This document shows, one piece after another, positions 52,121 to 63,652 of a stretch of DNA of 64,000 nucleotides. Made by a program: the position numbers and the translations under genes. Origin of the DNA: Eledone cirrhosa (Eukaryota); contig OZ024747.1 of assembly GCA_964016885.1 (NCBI GenBank), forward strand, positions 49,166,001 to 49,230,000, in the 5' to 3' direction. Within the stretch, counting starts at the first letter, position 1. Each line of letters begins with the position of its first letter. The notes beneath the pieces are model-generated. The model was not told the origin of the DNA. It saw only the letters and a list, made by a program, of their open reading frames with translations, and did not search any database.

Positions 52121-54149
52121 CCTCTTCCAATATTCCCCATCTTCAAGTAAGCCAAGTAATTTACATGCTTCAGCATACGTTGCCCAGGGAGTTCCATATA
52201 CAATTTTGATATTTTCAAATGATGTTGGCCCTCTAACAGTGTGAAGGAGTAACCTCAAATGGAAACATTCCCTATGTCTAGGTTTGATCGTGTAAACTCT
52301 TCCTATTGCACCACTTGCTTTGATGTCTTGATAGCCATCCACATGATTGCCTATCTTTTGTCTGCTCCATTTTTTTTATTCCATGTGTAGAATGTGGGAA
52401 CCTCATGATAAAGCAAGGTTTTAGCAAAGGCATCTTCTCCACAAAGCTTTAAAAAAGCAGTGAGCGTTGTGTCTGGAGGAGATGCAGCAATCAATTATGC
52501 ATTTTCTGCAGTGTAATATACCCTCTGACCATTTTCCATATGGACTGCAAGGTTCACTACCACTGAGTGTCTATTGTGTATGTCAAAAGCAAAGATTCTC
52601 CATATGGCTTCATTGCTAGAAATATATCTCCCTGTTAGGTATGTTTTAACTTCATTCAATTAGTTATCACCACCAATAGTAAAAGTTGCCATATCACTAC
52701 TTTTGTTGACATATTTACAAACATACTTAATTGATTTTACTGATGCACTGTACTCACAATTGATGTGAGCATCAAGGATTTTGCAGAGGAGAGGATTGTA
52801 AGGAACGACCCAATTGTTACCAACCTGAATGTCTTGATCTCGTATCTTGATAATCGCAGTTTTTCTACCACAGTGAGGGCTTCTCCGTCTATATTGGGGA
52901 TATCTGTTATCACTAGTTACGGTTTCTTGTTGAAAAGTCCTTGGATATCTTTTTTCATATTTGTTACTTCCCATGCACACATACTTAAGGTTGATACTGC
53001 TACATGGACCATGTATCATTTGTTTTGAGATAATGGCAAATAGTTCTGGCTCTTCGTCAGGATCGGGCAATTCAGCGCCTATGATTTTATCAATTTGATC
53101 TGAGTGAATGTGGTCTGAACACCAAATTAGTGTATGGGAATGCGGAAGACCTCTTTTTTGCCATTCAATAGTGTAAAGCCAACATCTTAGTTCGCCAAAG
53201 ATTTGTCCATCTTTTAGCAACCACAGCAAGATCTTCTGTTTCTCATTAAAAACTCTGGCAAAGATGTCATGTCTATCTTGTGCATATTGGTGTTCAAACA
53301 GTTCATTTTGAATTTCTGCCCATGTAGGATTGCATGTAAATGTAATAAAAAGATCTGGACAACCAAATTTTCTAGCATATGCCATGGCATTTTGTGTGCG
53401 CTCATCCAGGTAGCGTGGACTGCCTGTGAAGCTAGATGCAGAATGACTGGCTGACCAGCACTGGAAGGATTTATTCCATCAGTTATAATGGCGTCTTTCA
53501 AATGGATGTATTGCTCTGCTCTAAATTTAGCTTGGTTGTTATTAATGAATGCCAACTGTTCAGCTTCAATCTTGGCATAACCATCAACCATTAATTGGCC
53601 TGTAAGTCTTCTTAGGATATGGTTAAAGCAATCTCTTACCATGAAATGAAACGAATAAAAGTTTTTGCAACTGATCGGTTTATTAATTTCTTTGCATGTA
53701 CTGGGGTTTACTTGTCTTCAGGCAAAATTATATCCATCCTGATCTCTCCAAAAAAAGGGTACTGAAGAATGTTGTATGCTCTGTGTGTCTCTGCAATTCT
53801 TCGTAATTGACCAGATCTCTCCTGTACAATGATGTCTCTGGATTTATGTTGTCCATTGACCACTAGTACAGCCACTTTGTCTTCCAGTGGTTTGTTGTAA
53901 CATTCTTGGCTACATTGCTTGCTCGCTCTTATGTGGTAATGTACAAATCCTATTTTTTTCTCATCTCTCCATGTTCCCTGGTCCATTCATCTATCTGTAT
54001 CATATCGTCCAGAATCCAATCTTTTCTTTTTCAATGCTATTCGATAAGTCTGTCTGATTGTTCAAAATAATCTTCTTGTATTTTAAAATCCCATAATTCT
54101 TCTCTTATTACTTTTATATGCTCTTTCAATTATGGCCAAAATTCGAGGA

Positions 54150-57100
54150 TTTTATTTTATAACCTACTCGCTAACTACCCCAGATCCCTCCCGCCCCTAC
54201 TCGCCACCATTATTTGGACCAATCATAATCTAGCAGCCTATGTTATCACTTCTTAAGTTTAGACCTGGTTGCCTTTCGATATGATGGATGGACTATGGAA
54301 TTCTGGAGAGTCTGAAAAATCTGGACACTCAATGACAATGCCAAAGATAAAAATAAATTCACCTCATGCTGCCGGACGAGAATGCAAGGACACCTCCTCT
54401 TTATTTCGACTGCGGATGGCTCACATAACCCCATTTCCCTCACCCCTCCCTGTGCCCCATCCTTCACACCCACCAAACACAATCCAAAACTTCAGAGTTG
54501 GTACCATGAATGTAGGCACCTTAAAAGGTCGCTCTAGAGATGCTTGAACATAAAGAGGTTGATGTTTGCTGTATTCAAGAGACCAGGTGGAGGGGTGGGT
54601 CTGTTAGATTCATTGTGGGTAAAAAACAATGCTATAAGTTTTTCTGGGTCGGAAATGACAATGGGCTGGGTGGAGTAGGAATCATGTTAGCAGAAAAATG
54701 GGTAGATAAGATAATAGACGTAAATAGAGTGAACGACAGAATAATTAAAATAAGACTAGTCCTAAATAGAACTACCGTGACAATAATATCTGTGTATACA
54801 CACCAATCCAGACTGCCTGGCGTTATAAAAGACAGATTCTATGAGTCGTTAATGCTCACTACCTCCCAAATAACCGACAGCGACTACATAATTATTGCTG
54901 GCAACCTAAATGGTCACATTGGACAACATTGTGACGGCTATGATGGAATCTATTGAGGCTATGGGTTTGGTACTAAAAATGAGGAAGGCTCCAGAATCCT
55001 GGAATTCTGTGACGCAAATAACCTAACTATCTGTAACACAAACTTCAAAAAATGAGACAATCACTTGATCACCTATAGATCAGGGGAACACACCAGTCAG
55101 ATAGATTATATCCTTACTAGAAGACGTGATAGAGTGTCTGTGGTAAACACTAAATCCCCCCCCCCCCATGAAGAATACACTTCCCAACATAGCCTCATAG
55201 TTAGCGACCTCAGAGTATCTATTGTAAACACTAAATCCCTCCCCCATGAAGAATGCACCTCACAACATAGCCTCATAGTTAGCGACCTCAGAGTCAGGAC
55301 GAGATGTACTCGACAACAGAGGAGGACTATCCTCAGGAGAAAAATATGGAAGTTAAAGGACCCCACAGCCAGTAATAAATTTAAAAGCATATTACTTAAT
55401 GCTTTTGACAGTAAGGAAGAGCAATTAGAGTTGTACAATATAGAGGAACAGTAGGAATTCCTGAAAGCTAACCTGCTGAAGGCAACAGATGAAATCTGTG
55501 GCTGGAGCAGACCTATAAGCAGGAGGAGAGTAACTTGGTGGTGGAACAGTATGGTGGAGGAGTCAATCAAGGCCAAAAAGCAGGCTTGGAAAGTATGGCG
55601 GGATGGGGGAAGTAGAGAAGACTATCAAGTGACCAGGAGGGAAGCTAGGAGACAAGTGTACTTCGCAAGAAGGGAAGTAGAGGAAAGAAAGTTCAAGCAT
55701 GTTCTACAACGCGAGGACCAAAAATGTGAGGTGTTCAGGGTTGCTACGCAATGTGTCAAGGAAAACCGTGATATTGTTGGGGAGAAGTGTGTCCATAATG
55801 ATGATGGTGTACTTGCCATCACTGACACTGATAAGAAGGTAGCTTGGAAGTGTCACTACGAAAGGCTACTAAATGAGGAGAATAAATGGGAGAAAGACAG
55901 TCTCCCCCACATCGATCCAATAGAGGGACCAGCAGTGCAAGTTGAAGGTAGTATAATAAGTAAGGCAATCAAAGATATGAAGACGGGCAAGGCAGGTGGG
56001 CCTTCGGAAATAGTTGCTGAAATGCTGAAAGCATCTGGAACGGTGGGACACACTATGGTCACCAGGATAGTAAACCAAGTCATACAGAATGGGGTCGTAC
56101 CAAAGGACTGGTGCAGTAGCATCATCATTAACTGCTACAAGGGTAAAGGAGATGCATAGAGGCATTAAATTAATTGACCAGGTCATGAAGGTCACAGAAA
56201 AAGTAATAGCACAACTAATCAAAGAGCAAGTTGATCTAGATGAAATGCAGTTCGGGTTTGTGTCAGGTAAAAGTACCACAGACGCTCTTTTCATTGTGCG
56301 ACAACTACAGGAGAAGTACCTAGCTAAAAGTAAACCCCTATATTTAGCTTTTGTTGACTTGGAGAAAGCCTTTGACAGAGTCCCACACCCCATTATCTGG
56401 TGGGCTCTCAGAAAACTAGGTGTTGATGAATGGCTTGTGAGAGCTATACAAGCCATGTATAAAGAAACAGTCAGCAAGGTTAGAATTAACAATGAATATA
56501 GTGAAGAGTTTAGCGTAAAAGTTGGTGTTCATCAGGGCTCCATCCTTAGGGCCCTCCTATATATTATCGCCCTCCAGGCTATAACAGAGGAGTTCAAGAC
56601 CGGCTGCCCATGGGAACTTCTATACACAGATGATCTAATGCTCATAGCTGAATTAATGGCTGAACTAGAGAAAAAATTCCAAACATGGAAGTATGGCCTA
56701 GAATCAAAAGACCTTAAAATTAATTTGTCTAAGACTAAAGTTCTAATATGTAGGAAGGAAAATAGGGCACTGGTCCCATTTGGGAAATGGCCATGCTCAG
56801 TGTGTAGGAGAGGAGTAGGCAGAAACTCCATTTTATGTCCCAAATGCAAAGTATGGGTGCATAAAAGATGTAGTGGGATCACAGATAAGCTAACTAAGAA
56901 TATAGATTTTATATGTGGCCGGTGCTCAGGTGCAATAAGTAGCAGCAAATGCCCACAGAATACTAGCTCATTCCATTGCCCAGATGGTTCTATAGAAATA
57001 GTGGACACCTTCCGTTACCTGGGTGACAAAATCAGCAGTGGTGGAGGGTGCACTGAAAGTACAGTAGCTAGAGTCAGAACGGGATGGAAAAAATTCAGAG

Positions 57101-57960
57101 AGCTTATACCGCTAAAGGTTTCTCTCTAAAAATGAAAGGCAGGCTGTATGATGCCTGCATACGAACAGCAATGTTACATGGCAGTGAGACATGGGCCTTG
57201 TGTGCAGAGGATCTACACAAACTGGAGAAGAACGAAGCTTGTATGCTCCATTGGATGTGTAATAGTAATATACGTGAACGACAAAGCATAAATGAACTAA
57301 GTGAGAAATTAGGAATAAGAGGGATCAGATGCTGTTTACTCGATAGAAGACTATGTTGGTACGGTCACGTGATGCGCATGAAAGATGACAGCTGTATAAA
57401 AAAGTGCAGGGCGATCAAAATAGACGGTAGCTATGGAGTAGGCAGACCCAGAAAAACCTGGGACGACTTGATAAATTCCAACCTCACACACTTACACCTC
57501 TCCAAGACAATGTCACTGGACCAAGATCTTTGGCGCTACGCAGTAATACAGAAGACCCGCCTTGCCTAAGTACAAAGCAAAACCTACAATCAGTAGGCAC
57601 CTCTTAACCAAAATACACCCCTGTCCCACTACCCCTACCCTCACCCCCATTCACACCACCCCTTTCAATGTAAAGTTATGTTGGTACCACAACATCCAGT
57701 CCTAAATAAATGGTCGTGTAGGTGTCATGACAAAAAAACACACAGTCCACACTGTAATATGGCCGTGTAGGTAACACGGTAAAAACCTCCCAGTCCACAC
57801 TGCAAACGTGGTTGGTGTTAGGAAGGGCATCCAGCCATAGAAAACTCGCCAGACAGTCCTATGCGAGCAAGACAACCAATCTTGCCTCAAGTGCGACAAT
57901 TCCCGTCCAAACCCATGCTAGCGTGGAAGAAGGACGTTAAACGATGATGATGATGATGAT
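54150..57960 (+). mobile_element. Near full-length RTE-clade LINE (APE endonuclease, RT, PHD-like finger, 3' UTR, (GAT)n tail), with stops and frameshifts
   Basis: GTMNVGTL, CIQETRW, GNLNGHIG, SQIDYIL; FVDLEKAFDRV, VGVHQGS, LLYTDD; WPCSVC..CPKC..HKRC..CGRC; HGSETW; tail ggacgttaaacgatgatgat. Confidence 0.93.
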
Positions 57961-59758
57961 CTTTTGTGTTCTTTTGCTGGTTTTTTATCAGGTCTAATAG
58001 TAATTTTATACACAGGGTTTGTCTCTTTTTTTTTTTTAAGGTAAATTTAAATATTCTTAAGTAACGATGGTTTTCATGAAGCATATTTTGTAGACTGCTA
58101 ATAACTTGCAGCTGAAGACCACCAGAAATATTTCTGCATCATTTAGTAGTTTCTTGTTCATTGTTGCCCAAAAGTAAACTTGAATGAGGTTTGGTTCCTC
58201 ATTAACCTGGGGGAGTAAACTGCCATTAAATGGTAGTATTGTCCTTGGATTTTGAATGTTGTGGAATAACTATAGCCAGTATGATCTTTTTCAGCTCCAA
58301 AGGACATCATCTGAAATGCAACATTATACCGCATAACATTGCTCCTGAAGTGTTTAGCTTCGTTAGTATGGGCTGTAAGCAGTATACGAATAACAGGTTG
58401 ACGGTCTTCTATCGGTGGAAATCTTACCTTTCCTCCTAAGCAACACATGCCAAGTGTTTCTCCTTTTCTTTTTCTTGCTCCACAACTAATGCATATAATA
58501 TCCATGCAACCAATCACGACTTTAGGATCATTTCTATAATTTCTCAATGGATCATATGAAAACGCAGCTCTTAACCAATTTATTTTGCCTTGAAAAATCC
58601 TTTGTGCCCATCGTGTTTGCATCGCAACTCTCATGGTTTTCATATTCAGCCTGCATTTGTTTTGATTATCTTTCTTCTTGCCTTAATCTTTCTGTTTCCT
58701 GTCTCAAGTTCTGTTCACTTTCAGAAAGTTGTGATCGTCTTTCTTGTTGTCTTAATCTTTCTGTTTCCCGTCTCCGAGTTTCTCTTTCACTTGAAGATTT
58801 CAACAGTTTGGCGGTCATTGTAACTACACCGATAGATGGGCGGTGTTTTTGTGACATGATGAAATTAATTTTCTTGGAAAATATCGTGAAAAAATAACAA
58901 ACAAACAATACAAAGCAATATAAAAAAATAGAAATAAATGCAAACCACAGCCTTAGAGAATAGGTTGACACTGTCATCTGAATTAAGTCTATACAACATA
59001 ACATTATTCTCAAAAAGCTAAATTAATGTAAACCGTAGATTAATTTCAAATAGTATCAATTTTTTCTCTATTCTGTAAAATAGGTTTGTGTTGTAGTTAG
59101 TATCACTTAACTTTTAATGACTGGTGTAAAACGACAAACCTACTGATACTTTGATCTATTGTGGGACGCCAATTGACGGATATGGCTGGTTTAAATGCTA
59201 AACGATTAAGCTTCCATCCATTCAACTATTTCCTTGTCACTTTCTTAATAAAACTCATTTTCTAATGAAATTTTAGATACATTTTTTGAAGGAGTAGATT
59301 ACTATTATATTGATGAAATTATAAAAAAAAATTTGACTTTTTTTTTTTATTGCAATTCAGAATTGTAGAAATGACATTATTATTTTCCTGTATAAAATCT
59401 CTACAACATTATCCAGATTGATGTTATTCATTTTAACATATTTCAGACTATATGTTTAACTTACTGTAAGAAAATATTCAATAAATGTAAGTATTAACAA
59501 ACAAAAATATACTGAGCTAGCTGTGACATAATCCCAGCTTAAAATATCTACAGCAACACTTGTGGATGTTTATTATAGAAAGACATATTAAATAGGCTTC
59601 CATATACATCTCTGAATCATGCTGTGTTAGTGATAGTTAATCTAGAACTTTTAGCAGGAGGACCCACCAAGCCCACACTATATTAAAATGAGAAACTCCA
59701 AAAATGAATTATTTTCGAAGCCTATATATAAGCTATTAGCTTTCCCACCTCAGTATCA

Positions 59759-59816
59759 AGTAAGCATCACTGATGATGGATAAAGATCCTGAAATACTAG
59801 TATTTGCTGTTCTTAC
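59759..59816 (+). ncRNA. Possible type I hammerhead ribozyme motif (separate family)
   Basis: CTGATGA 59770-76, ggat-aaag-atcc, GAAA 59791-94, palindromic ATACTAGTAT, imperfect stem I. Confidence 0.5.
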
Positions 59817-60033
59817 ACAGTTACTGGGGTAGCTGTGACATGATCATAGCTTAAATAACCCACAGCAAGGCTTTTGTATGCTTAGTATGCATAAACATAT
59901 TGTATATGCTTCTATATATGCCTCTATTATCTCTTTCTCTCTCTGTATGTATGTTTTCTCTTTCTCTTAATTTTGAGTATATTTTTTGACCGGCCACCTT
60001 CCTGGTGGCAAGATTGTAAAAGAAAAGAAATTG

Positions 60034-60228
60034 TCATCCCTTGAATCGCAAGAATGTTTTGCAAATTTTGAAGGTGCCAGCTATCGCAGCCATTTGTAGA
60101 CTATGAATTAGGGAGCTGCGCTTTTTGTCCGCAAATCCAAGTTCAGTCATACTTTGGTCCAAGCGGGTTGGTATATAACCCGTAGCACCAATAATGATGG
60201 GTATGAAGCTAAAGGTGTATCTTGGATA
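60034..60228 (-). mobile_element. RLE-type LINE extreme 3' fragment
   Basis: YPRYTFSFIPIIIGATGYIP...AAIAGTFKICKTFL resembles R4/NeSL-group C-termini. Confidence 0.6.
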
Positions 60229-60280
60229 CTGGATGTATGTATGTATGTATGTATGTATGTATGTATTACAGAAATGCACA

Positions 60281-60625
60281 TGAAGGCACATGGCTTAGTG
60301 GTTAGAGCATTGGCCTTGCAATCGAAAGGTTGTGAGTTCAACTCTCAGACCGGGTGATGTGTTGTTTCCTTGAGCAAGACACTTTATTTCACATTGCTCC
60401 AGTTTACTCAGCTGTAGAAATGAGATGATAGGGACTGGGTTCCCTATCATTCCACTGCAAAGTGGTCGTGTAGGCGCCACGGCAAAAAAGCACCCAGCAC
60501 TCACTGTAAATGAGGTTGGTGTTAGGAAGAGCATCCAGCTGTAGAAATCAAGCCAAAATCAGTTCCCGTCCCACCCTTGCAAGCAGGGAAAAAGCGGATG
60601 TAAAAATGAAGTGAAGTGAAGTGAA
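60281..60625 (+). mobile_element. SINE family B, full-length (tRNA head, CCTTGAGCAAGACACTT core, RTE tail)
   Basis: A-box TGGCTTAGTGG, B-box GAGTTCAACTC; 3' end cccacccttgcaagcagggaaaa..cggatgtaaaa shared with RTE 18711-19745. Confidence 0.85.
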
Positions 60626-61094
60626 ACTAGTATAAGACTATGATAATTTAATGTTCAGTAATGCACCACTCTAGTTAGTCTAATGGTAGCATCAGCCTAG
60701 GATGGCACTAATAATCCATAAACAGGACAATCCAACTATAAGAACGATGAGCAGAAGTCAGCTTTACATGATCTATAACAGACTTTTCCACTTTATCACT
60801 ATCCTCTATAGCCATCCCCCTCACCAAAACCCTGATCTTTCTTTCCTCCTCCATGTATTTCTTTGTCTACTTCTTCCTCTACTCCCTTCCATATTCATTT
60901 CCATCATTCCTCTCACCCAGTCACTTTCATCCTTCCTCAACACATGACGCAGCCATCTCATACCATTTCTTTTCTTTTCTATCATCTACCACTGGCTGTT
61001 GATTATTCTAAAAGGAATTCAATAATTAAGAAATGCAAAACAACCCATGTAACAGATAAGAATTATTGGTTATGTATTTCTTCTGTAAACTTAC

Positions 61095-61334
61095 CTCGAT
61101 TTGGATTAGAATAATACATACGACGAGACATGTACATTCTAGAACCAACATATAGTAAACCACCAACTAACAAGGCCTTTTTCCATCCAAATGATGATAT
61201 CTTACTTCGAGCCATACTCATTTTCGAACCATATTTTGAATTCAGGGTACTTCTAGAAATAGGCCTCCTGTTCAAAGTTCTAGATCGATTAGTGATTCTT
61301 GTAGTGGATCTCCTTGAAGCACAAATTTCCACGA
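61095..61334 (-). CDS. Host gene exon A (first visible coding exon) of a Shisa-like/STMC6 membrane protein: end of a probable signal peptide, Arg/Ser/Lys-rich segment, short hydrophobic tract
   Basis: Acceptor ttttctattttcag|TC and donor CGAG|gtaagt on the minus strand; 240 nt, phase 1-1, open: VEICASRRSTTR...FGWKKALLVGGLLYVGSRMY...NPNR. Joins in frame to 46673. Confidence 0.7.
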
Positions 61335-61514
61335 CTGAAAATAGAAAAAAAATACATATATCACAGAATTATTATTTTATTCATTTATTATTTTACTGGT
61401 TTCAATTGGTGGGTTGGCAGAATCATTAAAGCATTAGATGATAAAATAAAATACCAGTAATGCAATGGACTTGATTTAATTGGCTTTCGCCTTCCCTTCA
61501 AAAGTAGAACAATT

Positions 61515-62150
61515 ATTTTACTGGTTTCAGTCATTTGATGGCAGCCATACTAGGGCCAGGGCCGGATTTAATGGGGTCAAAGTGGGCAATTGCAGGGAGG
61601 GTCCCACCAGTGACAGCCGTAGCAATTTATTTGTGCCCTCAGCTGGGCTTTTTAGTTTTAGGATGGTGAGAATTTTTTTTATTTAATAGCTGTATGTATA
61701 ACTTTTCAATTCCAATGACTTGTACGTAGCTAACTTTGATATGTCAAATTGAAGTGTGGGGGTGGGGTGGGGGGTATTCTAATTTTTTGTGTATGAGGGG
61801 CCACCCAAGGTCCATCACTGGCTAGGGCATCACCTTGAAGGGACTTAGTTGATCACAGTGGACCCAGAACTTATTTTTTCAAGTCAGGCACTTATTTGTA
61901 TCAATCATTTTATGTGTAACTGCTAAGTTACTGAACATAAATAAACACAAGTACACACACATGCACATACATACACATACATACATATATGACAGACTTC
62001 TGCACAGTTATAATCAACCAAATTCTAATGTCAAGGCATTAGTGAAACCAATGCTATAGTAGAAGATACTTGCTGAAGATTCAACACAGTGAGACTGTAC
62101 TCTAAACCATATGACTACAAACCAAACCCTTTAACCACGCAGTCATACAA
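61515..62150 (-). mobile_element. SINE family C with an internal insertion (about 61555-61820)
   Basis: ttttactggtttcagtcatt..gcagccat..agggca.cacc.tgaaggg shared with 13275-13460 and 62835-63330; tRNA-like head at the right end. Confidence 0.6.
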
Positions 62151-62326
62151 TATCTATAATTCTACTTCAATTGAAATGAATTGGAATGTTCAAGAGTTAA
62201 GTAGAAAAAGTGAAACTTAGTCCCAAGCCTACTTTAGTTTAGCAAAATATACACATTCTTTCATTTAATATCATTTTTGTCAAATAAATATTTGCATTTT
62301 TTATATAGTATATATTATATTTATAG

Positions 62327-62450
62327 TGAAGGCGTGTGGCTGAGTGGTTAGAGAATTGGATTCACAAGCGTAAGGTTGTGAGTTCGATTCCTGGACCAGG
62401 CGATGCGTTATGTCCTTGAGCAAGACACTTTATTTCACGTTGCTCCTTCT
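62327..62450 (+). mobile_element. SINE family B head fragment
   Basis: TGGCTGAGTGG..GAGTTCGATTCC..CCTTGAGCAAGACACTT. Confidence 0.75.
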
Positions 62451-62854
62451 ACCTGGAGTTGCGACCGATAGATAGTATTAGCAATTGGAAAGACCAACGG
62501 AAACATTGTTCCCTCGGTCCGATTTGACGAAAGTCGATCGTTCCTATTATATTATATTTAGCTAAAATTAACATATTTTCACAGGTTGATCAATACTGAT
62601 CGACACACATATACATCTAAATATCCATATAACAATGGTGTTGTTGATAATGACTGCTACTGGCTGTGACATTCCCATTCTTTGTAATTCTTTAGTCCTA
62701 TATACTAACAAAGTGAGTCAAATTAACATGGGGTGACTGATTAATTAATTACTACCACAATGTTTCAATTAGTTCTTACATTACTAATTACCATAATTGG
62801 CTGTAAAACAACAAATAATGAAATCTTTTATTTTGATTTCAGTCATTTGACTGC

Positions 62855-63210
62855 AACCATTGAAGTGCAGCTATGCTGACGTGCAGCCATACTGAAGTGC
62901 AGCTATGCTGACGTGCAGCCATACTGAGGTGCAGCTATACTGAGGTGTAGTCATGTTGAGGTGCAGCCATGCTGAGGTGCAGCCATACTGAGGTGCAGCC
63001 ATGCTGAGGTGCAGCTACACTGAGGTGCAGCCATGCTGAGGTGCAGCTATACTGAGGTGCAGCTATGCTGAGGTGCAGCTATGCTGAGGTGCAGCTATAC
63101 TGAGGTGCAGCCATGCTGAGGTGCAGCCATGCTGAGGTGCAGCCATGCTGAGGTGCAGCTATGCTGAGGTGCAGCCATGCTGAGGTGCAGCCATGCTGAG
63201 GTGCAGCCAT
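62855..63210. repeat. 16-bp minisatellite (gctgaggtgcagccat)n inside a family C SINE
   Basis: Direct reading, about 22 units. Confidence 0.95.
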
Positions 63211-63466
63211 GATAAAACACTGCCTTTAAGGGAATTTACTCATATCAACTTCAGTATTTAATTTTTTTAAAGTCTGTTACATAATTTATCTACATTTCTC
63301 AAAACCACTAAGTTACAAGCTATGAACAAACAGTAATTATCGTGCATTTGTATACTAAATTTCTATCTAGGCAATTATTCTGTAGTGGGCATAAGATGTT
63401 ATTCCTGCAATTACATTTCCTTATATTGTTATTTGAAGATACCGTATTATTATTCATGTATTCGCT

Positions 63467-63652
63467 CGGTGGATTGGTAGTATCGGTAGAGGGTCGGACG
63501 CCATGCTTTGCAGCACAGTTACGTCCCTTTACGGTCTGAGTTCAAATCCCGCCGAGGTTAACTTTGCCTTTCATCCTTACGGGGTCGATAAGATAAAGTA
63601 CCAGTAATGTACTGGGTAATTGATGGCCTTGTGCCAAAAGTAGAAACAATTA
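63467..63652 (+). mobile_element. SINE family A
   Basis: Core, B-box and tail motifs. Confidence 0.85.

Larger units (their letters stand above)
50517..58900 (-). mobile_element. Decayed autonomous Helitron (Rep/PIF1-type helicase), split by an insertion of about 4 kb
   Basis: N-terminal C..C..CC..GKV and FKIQGQ (58158-58643); Rep motifs PDLFITFTCNP, EWQKRGLPHSH, KYVCKY (52660-53385); helicase motifs GDFRHILPV, LCNGT, FAMTINKAQGQS (50517-51660); 3' GGGCGAAGCC hairpin remnant plus CTAG at 50520-50517. 5' end not located. Confidence 0.92.

Noticed and set aside
60281-60355. tRNA genes at SINE heads (also 62327 and 12068)
   Set aside because: A and B boxes are present but there is no full cloverleaf, and they continue into SINE bodies.
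62580-62800. Candidate first (signal peptide) exon of the host gene
   Set aside because: The short hydrophobic ORF (MGMSQPVAVII...) has no convincing phase-1 donor; the true first exon may lie outside the window.
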